Shown here: in pieces, positions 13,120 through 26,289 of the stretch
How positions within the stretch are numbered: the first letter of the stretch is position 1
Layout of the letters: the number at the start of each line of letters is the position of its first letter
DNA from: Vicugna vicugna
Taxonomy: Eukaryota
NCBI GenBank assembly: GCA_013265495.1
Contig: MU057654.1
Coordinates: 235,203-299,202, forward strand
Direction of reading: 5' to 3'
Length of the DNA stretch: 64,000 nucleotides
Translations under genes and position numbers: made by a program
Notes under the pieces: generated by a model
Database searches by the model: none
What the model saw: the letters and a program-made list of their open reading frames with translations, nothing else
Told to the model about the DNA's origin: nothing

Positions 13120-14389
13120 TTTTTTAAAACATTTTTATTGATTTATAATCATTTTACAATGTTGTGTCAAATTCCGGTATAGAGCACAATTTTTCAGTTA
13201 TACATAAACATATATATATTCATTGTCACATTTTTTTCGCTGTGAGCTACCATAAGATCTTGTATATATTTCCCTGTGCTATACAGTATAATCTTGTTTA
13301 TCTATTCTACATTTTGAAATTCAAGTCTATACCTTCCCACTCCCTGCCCCCTTGGCAACCACAAGTTTGTATTCTATGTCTATGAGTCTGTTTCTGTTTT
13401 GTATTTATGCTTTTGTTTTTTTAGATTCCATAGATGAGCGATCTCATATGGTATTTTTCTTTCTCTTTCTGGCTTACTTCACTTAGAATGACATTCTCCA
13501 GGAGCATCCATGTTGCTGCAAATGGCATTATGTTGTCAGTTTTTATGGCTGAGTAGTATTCCATTGTATAAAGATATCACCTCTTCTTTATCCAGTCATC
13601 TGTTGATGGACATTTGGGCTGTTTCCATGTCTTGGCCATTGTAAATAGAGCTGCTGTGAATATTGGGGTGCAGGTGTCATTTTGGAGTGGGGTTCTTTCT
13701 GGATATATGCCCAGGAGCGGGATTCCTGGGTCATATGGTAAGTCTATTCCTAGTCTTTTGAGGAATCTCCATACTGTTTTCCACAGTGGCTGCTCCAAAC
13801 TGCATTCCCACCAGCAGTGTAGGAGGGTTCCCTTTTCTCCACAGCCTCTCCAGCATTTGTCATTTGTGGATTTTTGAATGATGGCCATTCTGACTGGTGT
13901 GGGGTGATACCTCATTGTAGTTTTGATTTGCATTTCTCTGATAGTTAGTGATATTGAGCAATTTTTCATGTGTCTATTGATCATTTGTATGTCTTCCTTG
14001 GAGAATATGTTACTATATATAGAAAACCCTAAAAGGTCCACACAAAAACTAGTAGAGCTGATTGAAGAATTCAGCAAGGTAGCAGGTTACAAGATTAACG
14101 TTCAAAAAATCAGTTGCATTTCTTTACATTAACAATGAATCAACAGAAAAAGAAAATAAAGAAACAATCCCCTTTAAAATAGCACCCAAAGTAATAAAAT
14201 ACCTAGGAATAAATCTCACCAAGGAGGTGAAAGAATTATACACAGAAAATTATAAACCATTGATGAAGGAAATTAAAGAAGACTTTAAAAAATGGAAAGA
14301 TATCCCATGTTCTTGGATTGGAAGAATCAATATTGTTAAAATGGTCACACTGCCCAAGGCAATCTACAGATTTAATGCAATCCTTATCA
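13120..14389 (-). mobile_element. Young LINE-1 insertion with 5' inversion
   Basis: Antisense 3' UTR and ORF2 C-terminus (13120-14006) joined to a sense RT-region piece (14007-14389, MLLYIENPK...YRFNAI). Perfect 18-bp TSD gatatcctctccttttct at 13102-13119 and 14390-14407. Confidence 0.93.
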
Positions 14390-14429
14390 GATATCCTCTC
14401 CTTTTCTCAACACCCTCGGATAAGTCACC

Positions 14430-15170
14430 CTACCACTTTGAAATGGCCCTGGTCCTCATTCATAACATGATGGGTTCAACTTTCTTCTCACAGATTCTCA
14501 GACATACTTCAGAGGAATTATGGTGTCAGGCATCCTTTATGGGAAGATGGAGGAGGTAAGCCAAAGCTTGGATCAGCATTTTTTCAGGTCAGTTACATTC
14601 CAGACACTTTCTATGGGTTTTCTCATTTATCCCTCACCAAGATCCTGTGAGAAAGATGCAGTGAGCCTTATTTTACATATAACCCAACCAAGGCGAAAAA
14701 TGTCATCCATCCTGTAGGACACAGGGAGGGGTTCTGGGTCCCAACCCATAACACCCAGGAGCCTCCCATTTGGAAGCTTTGTGGGATTCCAAGCTCAAGG
14801 ACTGTTTGGTTATCTTAACTTGCTGGATTGGCTCCATGGGTTATATCACGCAGGTAAGTGGCCTTAGCATTGGTGGCCTTGTAATTTAGCTGATCCTCAA
14901 GTTCCTGAGGTAGTTTTGTAAAAGCACAGGCTTTATAATGGGGAAGAAAACCTGGGAGAAGGGTGAGAAATTAACTATTTTAGAGTCCTACCTACCTCAT
15001 GCCAACATCTTTTAGACTCTATATCCTAACCACATTCAGTGTAGGCCAGACCTATAATTCCTATTACAGATGAGGAAAGTAAAGCAAGGACAAAGAGTGC
15101 AAGATTCTTGAAAGCTGAACCAACCCTAAAACATAAGCTCCTTTCACAACATCCTGCTGCTTTTCCAGTA
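14430..15170 (+). repeat. Ancient tandem-duplication unit, copy II (partial, diverged)
   Basis: cagaggaattatggtgtcaggca (14510) matches cagaacaattatggttcctggca (1196), followed by the same two MIRs in the same order. Confidence 0.65.
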
Positions 15171-16334
15171 TGAAAATATCTCTCAATTTTGTGAGCATAT
15201 AACTTACAAGTGAGGGATTATGTTACAGCTAAACTAGGTGGTATCTTGAAGGGAATATGGGGTCACCAGTCAGAAATGTGTTGGTTACCATCTCTGCCTT
15301 TCTTTTTAGTGACTTTGACCCTAGAAAATATGTCTCTTGTTATCCAGCTTCAGTTTCTTCAACTAGAGAATAGAGATAATAATTACCTTTCTCACAGGAA
15401 TAAATAAAATACGTGGGGCAAATGCTCAGAGTTCCCTACAGGGCAAGGAACAGGAAACCTATATGCACTGGAACCATGCACTATTGGACATTTAAATAGC
15501 AATAATAATAGCAGTAAATTATTGGAAAATACAATCATCTATCAAGGTTATAATATAAAAGAACAGCAATTCAAACACCTACTGATAAACGAGTGAATAT
15601 TTGGATACAGTTTATATATATACAAAATGTACATATTGATTTATAATTTATATAACTGGATTAATACCATAATATAGATGGGGGGAAATACAAGATAATT
15701 ACTTGTTTTTAGCAAAAAAAAATAATTTTTTAATCAGTGAAAGTAAACAAAATAACATTTTGAAAATATAGGATAAGCCTGTGAGTTAAACCACAAAAAA
15801 TCGTTTTAGAAATGTATTCAATTACTTGAAAACTATGGTGTTATATGAAATAAGCACATTACAATCAGATGTTATGGTAAGATTACACTTTCCTTGGAAA
15901 ATATATTTTATATATCATATGTATACTAATATTTCACACATGCCTTTGTATGTGCATACACACATATGCAGAGTTATCTTCAGATGAGAGTGTAGCTCAA
16001 GGAAACTTGTTATCACTTGCTATTGTTTAGGACAGTGTATGTTGCGGAGGAAAGTCAATTCCAATAACTCATTATAAGAGGTCGCATATTTCTAATTCGA
16101 GGCATTCTGGTAAAAATAATTCACTTAAATTAATATTTTACTTTTCTAAATATATAGATCTATGTATGAAACCTATATATTTTTTACCCATACTAACTGA
16201 AAAATTCATCCTGATTTGTGTTCTCTGTTTCCACTGCAGTAGGCAGTCCTCACTTTCACAACTAAATTACCCGCTACCTCTTTAGACAAGAAAGCCAATG
16301 GTCTATTCTTTCCATAATTAAAGACACAGTATGT

Positions 16335-18015
16335 TTCAAAGCCAGTAATGACAGAGTAACTCATATTGGACCAATCCTCTCATAGCTCACAATTACTAAT
16401 TCTGTAAAAAGAAATTATCATGGCTATCTGAAAGCACTTGAGTAAAACGAAAGCAGGTAGAGGTTGGAGGGAATTTGACTTTTGAAAGAGGGAATAGAAG
16501 CTGGCTGCATGTTTTACAGATTTCTGCCTAGTTACATGTGGAGTGGTTGAAATTCAGTTGGACATTTGTAGTCTTACTAGTTGAGGAATCAATGGCCAGA
16601 TTTTGAGACAACAACAGCAGCTGGAAAATGAGGAAGGAACTTGCTGAAAGGTGAAAGCCACAAAGAGGGTGTCACAGATTCTTTGCAAAACCTTGGTTCA
16701 TTTAGACGGAGCTAAAATATTTCAGCTGGTACTAACTGCAGGAGAGACAGAGATTGGATTCAAAACTGAGCCAAGTTAACAGTTTGTTAAAACAAACCAA
16801 TACTCTTTAGAGGAACAAGATTTAGAATCTAAAAGGTATCTTTCACAATATCTATCATAGAGTCCACAATTCTTTGACATAGGAAGAAACAGGAAAATGC
16901 AACCCATACTGAAATGGAAAAGCAATCAAGAGACCAATGCCAAAGTGAGCTAGATATTGGAAATAGCAGACAACCTATTATAGCAATGTTCAGAAACATG
17001 AAGAAAAATATGCTCATAATGCATGAACAGATAAGAAATGACAACAGAGATATAGAAAATGTTTAGAAATGGAAATGTAAGAACTAGAAAATATATCTAA
17101 AAGAAAAAAGTCCTGAATGGGCTTCACAGAAGACTGGAGCTGATGAAGGAAATAGTCAGTAATCTTAAAGTTAGATCAATAGAAATTATACAGTCTGAAA
17201 AACAGGGAGAAAATGTTTGAAAAATTTTAAGAGTTGTGGCAACATGTGGACAATACCAAAAGGTCTAATATGTGTGTGCCTAGAGTGCCAGGGGAAAACA
17301 AGAGAGACAATGTGCAATAAAAAGTATTTGAAGAAATTATGATGGAAATTCCCCCAATTTGGTGAAATACATATATGTACAGATTCAAGAAGCTGAAAAA
17401 TTTCAAGCAAGACAGACAAAGAAAACCACACCTAAGAACATCATGGTCAAACTGATGAATGCCAAAGACAAAGAGAAAAATCTTGAAAACAATCAGATCA
17501 AGATGACCTATACAGAAAAGCAACAATACAAATGATAATTGACTTCTCTTCAGAAACAATGGAGGCTAGAAGATAGTGAGAAATCATCTCTAAGTAATTG
17601 AAAGGAAAAAAACCTATCAATCCATAAATCTCTATCCAGCAAAAATATATGTCACCAGTCAAAGCAAAATAAAGACAGTGTCATATAAACAAATCTAAGA
17701 AGTCATTGTCAATATAACTGCAAAAAAAGATATGCTAAAGAAAGTTTTTCAAGATGAAGAGAAATGATATCAGATATAAAATCAAATCTAGAGGAAGAAA
17801 TGAAAAGCAGAAGAAGTCAATAAATAAAATAAAATCCTAAAATATATTCATTTAGCCTAAAAGAAGGCAAAGAAGAAAAATCAGAGGAATATTTTTAAAG
17901 GAGATACTGTAAAAATGGCAAAATAGCACAATTAAATCCAATTTTATTGATAGTTACTTTAAATGTAAGTAGACACATCAACTAAAAGGCAGATATTATG
18001 AGAATGGATTAAAAT
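16335..18015 (+). mobile_element. Old LINE-1 5' region, ORF1 remnant and start of ORF2
   Basis: ORF1-like text near 17430-17500 (aagaacatcatggtcaaactgatgaatgccaaagacaaagagaaaaatcttg, resembling PRHIIVKL..KDKEKILK), with many stops and indels. Confidence 0.75.
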
Positions 18016-18024
18016 CCAAGTTCT

Positions 18025-18490
18025 AGGGACATTCTGTACAGCAGAAATTGAAAAATTGTAACTGGCTATAAAAAAAAGTTCTGGTCTATATATATAATGG
18101 AATACTACTCAGCCATAAAAAATAATAAAATAATGCCATTTGCTGCAACATAAATAGACCTGGAGATTGTCATTCTAAGTGAAGTAAGCCAGAAAGAGAA
18201 AGAAAAATGCCATATGATACTGCTTTTATGTGGAATCTAAAAAAAAAGACACAAATGAACTTATTTACAAAACAGAAACAGACTCACAGACATTGAGAAC
18301 AAACTTACAGTTACTATGGGGATAATGGGGTGGGAAGGAATAAACTGGGATGGGAAGGAATGGGAGTTCGAGATTTGCAGATACTAACTACTATATATAA
18401 AGTAGATAAACAGCAAAGTCCTACTGTATAGCACAGGGAACTATATCCAATATCTTGTAGTAACCTATAATGAAAAACAATATATATATG
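18025..18490 (+). mobile_element. Two adjacent lineage-specific LINE-1 3' fragments
   Basis: 51-bp terminal piece flanked by aagttct (18018-18024 and 18076-18082), followed by an L1 3' region (about 18085-18490) similar to 5010-5400. Confidence 0.85.
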
Positions 18491-21400
18491 TATACATACA
18501 CACATACACACATATGCTTTCCCTTAATCCCCTGGCTAATGTCTCCTTACCTCTCAGGTCTCAGCTTAAGCATCACTTGCTGTGAGAAACATTCTCAGAC
18601 ACAGCCTGACAGTTTGATTATTGTTAGTCATCTAAGAAAACCAACTCATCATTTCCAGATACAATATTTTGTTTGAAAGGGGTCCAATGAGAGTAAGTTC
18701 AAAATTTCTCATGAGCTGTGGTCTCACACAATGGACTGAAGACACGGAAGTTTTCAAATATCTTATCTGAAGATTCACTTAAAATTCTGTCTTCCATTTT
18801 CAAATGGGATGCTGGGAACACAGGTCAGTTCAGCACTGAGTAGTTCCCCAGACAACAATCGGAGAGTGTTCTTCAGAGAAGCTGTGGAGGCTGTGGATTG
18901 ATGCTCCAACCTCTGAAAGAGCCCATGAGAGTAGTATAGTGACAGTCTGATTTTTAGCAGATATATTTTTGCCTGACAAAGTTCATATGAGGTAGAGTTA
19001 CAGGTTTGAAAGTTTTAAAACTATTTACTTTGTGGCACAATCTATTAAATACAAAAATTCCAAAATTTTTGAATGAATTTGGGAAAGAGGAAAAGTTAAA
19101 GAAACAAGCCACATTCTCTATTAAGTTCTGGTTAGAGGTCACTGTTCTTTAAGTTTTCACTAATTCTGTGCCTAATATGACACTGGCTTATCTTTTAATC
19201 TACAAGGTACGCATGTTTTCCTCTTTGCAGATAAGGAAACTGAGCCTCACACCCTAAGCCTGACTGAGGCCAAAGCACCTCTGTGACCTTCGCTGCCTTG
19301 TAATTTCATAAAATGTCAACAAGAACCCTCTGAAGGAGGGTCCTCTCCTCAACCCCTGGCTAGGGAACCTGAGTCTCAGAGAGCTTAGTGCCCTCTCCTG
19401 CCATATGCCATTGGCAGAGCCCACAGTGGAACCCATGTCTTTCTGACTCCAAAGATCTTACTCCTTCCCTTGAGAATACTGTTATGAGCTTTGTTTCTGA
19501 CCATAACAGGAATTCACATTTAGTTTAGACAGTGCAGAAAATAGATCCAAGGATAAAGAGGAAAATATAAATAACCAGCAAACTCTACAACTCACTGACA
19601 GTTGACTTTTGGGGCTCCTTTCTGTGACAAACACTACTTAAAATCTAATTTCAATTTGCTGTGATGATTTGTGGCAACTCTATGTTTTCATTGCTATAGT
19701 ACTAAATCATATTACATGTAAATTGCTTTTAATATAGAAGGAAGCTATATATCATTTATCTTTGAAAATGAACTAACTATTGCAAGAATATCACTGGCAA
19801 AACCTGGCAGACACATTCAAGGAACATGGTTCCTTATTTCTTAAAGAGCTTCATTTTAAAGCAAATTACAATTAAAGTCTGTATAACAGCATGTTTACTT
19901 ATAGGCAATGCAAATTTCAGGGTATATTAATTGAAGCCAAAATTAAGTTACCTCCATACATATTCATAGGAATCTTGAAAGAAGGCCTTAAATGAGCCTA
20001 AATTGTTGAGCTATGAAGACCCAGTTTAAATACAATCCATTACTTTCTCCAAACAAATGTGGCCAAATATGTAATAATCCCTGTTCCCCCATGGAGACAT
20101 TCCATTTTTAAGAGGTAGGAAAAATGCAGAGGTGAATGGATGTGTGCAATGGAAAGGAAATTGATGTTCTACTGACAAAAGTATGATGTACTCATACTTT
20201 AGTATACTGAGTGCCATATTAAGCATGAGAAGAAAAAGGCTGAAAACTTGATTTATGACAAGCTGTCCCCTGTAGAAACCCCAAGTGTATGTTATAGTGA
20301 ACTGCATGAGAATAAATAATCACATCTCACTTATCCACACCCATCCTGAGCCTTAGCTGGCTACTGCAATCTAGGATCCGCCTCTTCTCTCACTTCCTTA
20401 CACACAAAAAACCACACTCCTCCCCCAGGATGAGCTGAGTCCCGACCCGTGTGCTGGCCTCATCTGTAAAAGAGGATAGTGCCAAATCTCAATGGTTAAG
20501 AGCCTGCACAGGGAAGTAAGGCATATCTGGGTTTGAGCCCTGGTTCCATTACCTCCTAGCACAGTGGTGCCCAAGTTTGCTCACCATGCTTTCAACTCAG
20601 ATGAGTAAAACTCTGTAGGATCTTTATCTCTGTATAAATGGCTCTTCATTCCTAATGCCCTCATAGTGAGCCCCCTATGGGTCTCCATGGGGTGCATTCT
20701 TCATTACTGCAATGAGGAAAAAGTCCAACTTTATTTCATTAAAGATGTCTTCCTGGTGGTCTTTTGGCTGGAGAACACAGACAGTAAGATGGTCCTGAAG
20801 TGGCTGGACACCCTGGGATAGCAATATAGTTTCTCAGCCCTATCACCTCTTATTTACACAGTAGCTGGTCTCCATCCTGATAAAAGATCTGCAAGGCACA
20901 AAGTCCATAGTAGATACCTGTACTAAGGTGTGGGTAGATTGTGATATGGTGTGAAGTGTGAGGTGGGAAGACTTTGTATGAAAGGCAGCAAACAGGAGTC
21001 CGGACCAGGAGGGTCCAGTGGCAGCTGCTCTGTTCATTTCTCTGGGCCCTGGCACACTTTGTGTAGGGATAGGGTACCAAGGAGGCTGGAACTGTAGAAT
21101 TCATGTGGGATTAGCTCCATGAAAAGGCATTTCCTGTATATGTCTTCTCTTCTTTCCATCAAGTACAAAGGCATCAAGCTCATGGACTTCCAATGAGGTG
21201 CACTTCTTACAGAGGCTGTTGGTGAGGGATGGGAGATGGGCTCTTCCTTGCCTCACATCAGGACCCAGAACCTCTGTAGGGAAGGAGCACCAAAGTGACT
21301 GCAGGAACTCCAGTGGGAGTGGCCTGATGATACCCTTTTCCATCCCTCATCTCCAACTAAGTTATGTGCCTTCCCTCAGTATACCTCCAGCTCCTGTGTG

Positions 21401-23519
21401 CTACTCTCTGCTCCCAATACTTTGTCCCAGAACTTGTCTCTGAACTGATCAGATACCCCTGGAATCTCTGCCTTGTTCCCCACCTCACCCACTAGTTCAT
21501 AACTGCAGCTTATCTTACTAATATGGGTTCCATTGATCCCACATAGCTCCTCATAACCTTTAGTGTCATCATGTCTTTAATGATCACACAATTCCCATCT
21601 ACTCATGGCCCCTTGTGATCCTAACACTCTGTAACCCTTGTACTAAAGAAACCAATGATTGGATGTGAACATGTCACCCAATCAGTGGCCATATCCAGTG
21701 TCAGAAAAGTCAGACCTAGATCATGCAAGAACAGACATTGTCTCATATTGCTACAAAATAAAAGAAAGCAGAGAAAAATGATGTCTGAATGCTCTTAGCA
21801 CCCTAACCTGCACAAAAAAGGTAATGAAATAATGGTAGGAAGAGTGACTTCTACCCAAGTACATTGTAGGTCAGACCAGGCTTTGATCTCACTCAGATTT
21901 TCTGAAAGCTCATTTAGCACCACAAAAAAAGCAAAAAGTATTAGTTCTGCAACCAGTCTTACACCTGGACTACCTTAGATCCCTTGAATGCTCAGTTATC
22001 TCTGAGTGCTGTCTGTTTACCTGGAGCCCCCACTTTTCATTTCAGTCAGAATGGACTCTCGGTCCCCTCCCTCCCGTCCAGCCCCCATAAGTCCTAGCCA
22101 TCATCCCAGACCCAGCTCTTTTTGAGGAGACTCTGATGACTCCAGTGATCCCTTCCTCCTCTTAATATATTAATGAAGAACTACAGAGGTGACCAAAACT
22201 TCTACAAGGCCCTGAACCATGTGAAACCATTACTGAGACCTCTGCATACCCTAGGTCACTGGAGGTGTAAAGAGTGACACATAGTCAATGAACACCTGTG
22301 TGTTAGCATACCTCCCTTCAGACCTAGTGACCTCTTTCTGGAGTTGTAAGAATTTTCAAGACCCTCAGGCTGTGTGTATGCTTGATATGAGTCTAGAGGG
22401 CTCTAACAAAGGCCAAAAAAACCCCACAATTATTCAATAGAAAAGGGGTGAAGACTACCCCCCCCATTCTGAGTCTTTTACACTGCGTATCAGAGATGGC
22501 ACTGAAATTCTAACATAATATAGATGAGTACAGGTGTTCCCTTCTTCATATATTCCCAAATACTCACTAAAATATAGTATTGTTACTGAGGCTGAGAAAC
22601 AACATCTTTGTTAATTATTGGAGTTGTTGATATGGGAAGACAGCAAACATTGGTGTCGTGAATGATGCGTCAATACCATGTTGGGATCTTTACAAAGGTT
22701 TCTTCTTGAACTCCTCAAAATGCTTCCTTGAGGTAGGGGTCAGAATTTCCTTTTACACATCAGGAAGGCAAGGCTTATGGAAGTTAAGCAGATTCCTCAG
22801 ACTCATTCAGCTACTAAGAGACAGAGTCATTATCATATCCCCTGTTTGCCTGTCTAGGGCCCATGTTTGGAACCAGAAACTCATCTTCCTCTTTAGATGC
22901 ATGATTTGGGCAAGGGGAACTGAAAAGTGCCACTGGTAGGTGTATAGCAACTAGGGCAATACCTAGTGAGTATCTAATAAAGCTGAAAGTGACCCTACAT
23001 AAGGATTCAGCATTTGTGTTCTTGGTACAACAACCTGCAAAATAGCTGACATTTGAGCACAGGGAAACAAATAATGAGACTATTTTTTGCCACATTATTT
23101 GTGATAATATCTGTAGGGGGAAAATGTCCATTAATAGGACATTGAAAAATACATTGTGGCATATTCATACCTTGGAATCACACATACTGGTGAAGCACAG
23201 AGGGAGAAAAACTACAGGAACCAGCACATAGAGTATCTCAAAAACATAAGGTGAGGTGACAATAGCAAGAGAGATAAGGACATCTATATTGTCAGATCTG
23301 TTCTGCTTAGGGATGGTAATGAAAGTATAAAGGAAAGCATGGGAATCAAGAAAACCAATTTCAACAGTGTTTATCTCTGGAAATGGGAAAGTACAATCAG
23401 AGAAAAGCATATAATGGGCTTCCAATGTAATTACAGCTATGAATTTCCCTCTTAAATTACTTTAGCTGCATTGCATATTTTTTGATATGTTGTGGTTTTG
23501 CTGTCATTCGTCTCAGAGT

Positions 23520-25920
23520 ACACATGGAACATTCTTCAGAACAGATCATATGTTAGGCCACAGTAGCTTTTAAAAAGATCAAAAGCATAGAAAGTGTCTT
23601 ATCTGACCACAATGGCATGAAACTAGAAATCAATAACATAATGAAAACTAAAAAATTCACAAATATGAAGATTAAACAATGAACTCTTAAACAGCTAATA
23701 GTCAAAGAAGGAATTACAAGATAAACTAAAAAAAATTGAAACAAATGAAAATAAAAATAATATGCTACAGCTTATGGGATGAAATGAAAACAATGTCCAG
23801 AGACAAATTTATAGCTATAAATGCTTACACTTAAAAAAGAAAAAGATTTCAAATCAGTAACCTACATTTACACCTTAAGGAACTAGAAAAAGAAGGGCAA
23901 ACTAAATTCAAGCCTAGCAGATGAAAGAAATAGCAAATATTAGAGCAGAGATAAGTCAATAGACACGACAAAACCAAAAATTGGTTCTTTGAAAAGATAA
24001 AAAGATGAACAAACCTTTAATTAGAAGGACAAAACAGAGAAGCTTAAAATAACTGAAGTCACTAATGAAAGTTAGGTCATTACTACTGACCCTACAGAAA
24101 TAAAGAAGTATTATAAGGGAATACTATGAACAATGATATGCCAACAAATTGTATAACCTGGGCGAAATGGACAAATTCTTAGAAAAATACAAATGAATGC
24201 AACTTATTCAACAAGAAAAGAAAATCTCAACAAAACTATAACAAGTAAAGAAATTGAATCAGTGATCAAAAACCTCCTGACAAAGAAAAGCCCAGGACCA
24301 GATGGCTTCATTGATGATTATGTCCAAACATTTAAATAAGAATCAACATTAATCTTTCTCTAACTCTTCCAAAAAACAGAAGAGGAGAGAATACTCACTA
24401 ACTCATTCTCTGGAGCTATGTTCCTCTGACCCTGCAAGAAAAATATAAACCAATATCCTTTATAAATATAGATGCAAACATCTTGAATGAAACACTGGTA
24501 AACTGAATTCAAGAGTATGGTAAAAGGGGGAGGGTATAGCTCAGTGGTAGAGTGCATGCCTACGATGCACGAGGTCCTGGGTTCAATCCCCAGTGCCTCC
24601 ATCAAAAAATAAATAAACCCAATTACCCCCCCCAAACAAGAGTATGGTAAAAGGATTATAAACCATGACCAAGTAGGATCTATTCCATGAATGCAAGGGT
24701 TATTTAACATAAGAAAATCAATAAATGTACTGTTCCACTTTTATAGAAAAAAAGGATAAATGGATGATCATCTCAATTGATGCAGAAAAAGCATCTGACA
24801 AAATGGAACACTCTTTCAAGATAAAAGCACTCAGAAAACTAGGAATAGAAGAGCACTTCCCCAACATGATAAAGGGCATTTCTAAAATCAGTAACAAGAT
24901 AAGGATGTTGGCTTTCACCACTGCTATGCAACATAATGCTGAAAGTTCTAGTAAGACCAATTAGGCAAGAAAAGAAATAAAAGACATGAAAATTGGAAAG
25001 GAAGAATTAAAACTATTTCTACTAACAGGTTACATGGTCCTATATGCAGAAAACCCCAAAGAATCCACAAAAGACTACTATAGCAAATAAACTAATTCAA
25101 CAAAGTTTCAGAGTACAAGATCATCACAGAAAAATCAGTTATGTTTCTGTACACTAACAATGGACAATTGAAAAGGAAATTAAGAAAACAATTTGATTTA
25201 CAATAGCATCCAAAATAATAATGTACCTAGAAATGAATTTAACTAAGGAGGTGAAAGACATGTGCAATGAAAACTACAAAATGTTGCTGTAAAAATTAAA
25301 GAAGATCTGAATAAATGGAAAGACATCCTTTCTGTGTTCATAGTTTAAAAACTTAATATTGTTAAGATAGCAATACTACTCAAAATAGCCTATAGATTCA
25401 ACAAAACACCAAGAGATATAAAAACACAAATCCACACAAACATTTGTACATGAATGTTCATAGCAGCATTATTCATAATAGGCAAAGAGCAGAAAAATCC
25501 CAAATGTCCATCAGCTGATAAATGGATTTAAAAAATGTGGTATATTCATTCAATGGTATATTATTTGGCAATAAAGAAAGAATGAAGTAAAATGGGGGAA
25601 TCTCAAATTAATTACGTTTAGTGAAAGAAGCCAGACGCCTCCTGCCCCTCAAAAAGAATATTTACTATACTATTCCATTTATTTGAAATTCTGGAAAATA
25701 TTAAACTATAGAAACAAGAATCAGATCAGAGGTTGCCTAGGACATGACTGGTGGGAGACGGGAGGAGATTGATTATAAATGGGTAAAACTGAACTTTACC
25801 AAATGATGCAAATGTTTATATCTCTATCACAGGGGAGAACACCAACCAATGCATTTGTCAAACTTATAGAGCCAAACATCTAAAAAGAGTCAGAATGACT
25901 ATACCTCAATAACTTGAGTT
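23520..25920 (+). mobile_element. Old decayed LINE-1 ORF2 and 3' end, interrupted by a SINE
   Basis: ORF2 motifs KSPGPDGF and [13 protein letters not shown], internal deletions, and an L1M-type 3' UTR. Confidence 0.85.
24528..24636 (+). mobile_element. Vic-1-type camelid tRNA-derived SINE
   Basis: gggagggtatagctcagtggtagag (A box), gggttcaatccc (B box), aaataaataaacccaattacccccccc tail. TSD caagagtatggtaaaagg at 24510-24527 and 24637-24654. Confidence 0.88.
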
Positions 25921-26289
25921 GAAAAATAAATAGACCACATTTAAGACCAGCGCTGAGTTGATACAGCTCTTAAGAGAAGAATACTTGTCAGAAACTACAG
26001 GAAACATTTAAAAACAACTAAGAAAGCATTTGTTATCATTTGGTTATCTTCCTTCCCCTCTGTGCAATCTTTCTGGTTTTAAAATAAAATGAGAAAACTG
26101 TAAAATAAACAAGCAAACAAAAAAACTTAGTGATAATGACTAAAACAATAAGTTAATATATAATTTCCTGAGAACTAGAATTAGACTAAGGAGTTAAAAG
26201 GGGAAAAAAACCTGAAAGAATCCAAAAGATTCCAGGAAAGTAGAAAAATAGGAGCATAGAAAAGGCAGGAAAATAGAAAGGATAAAATG

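Noticed and set aside
21101..21273. Faint resemblance of LTNSLCKKCTSLEVHE-LDAFVL to CCL27/CCL28 chemokines
   Set aside because: The CC motif and other conserved cysteines are absent and the intron pattern does not fit. Treated as chance pending a search.
24528..24636. tRNA gene (also 54876-55020)
   Set aside because: A and B boxes are present, but the A/C-rich tail, TSDs and lack of a proper acceptor stem indicate a SINE.
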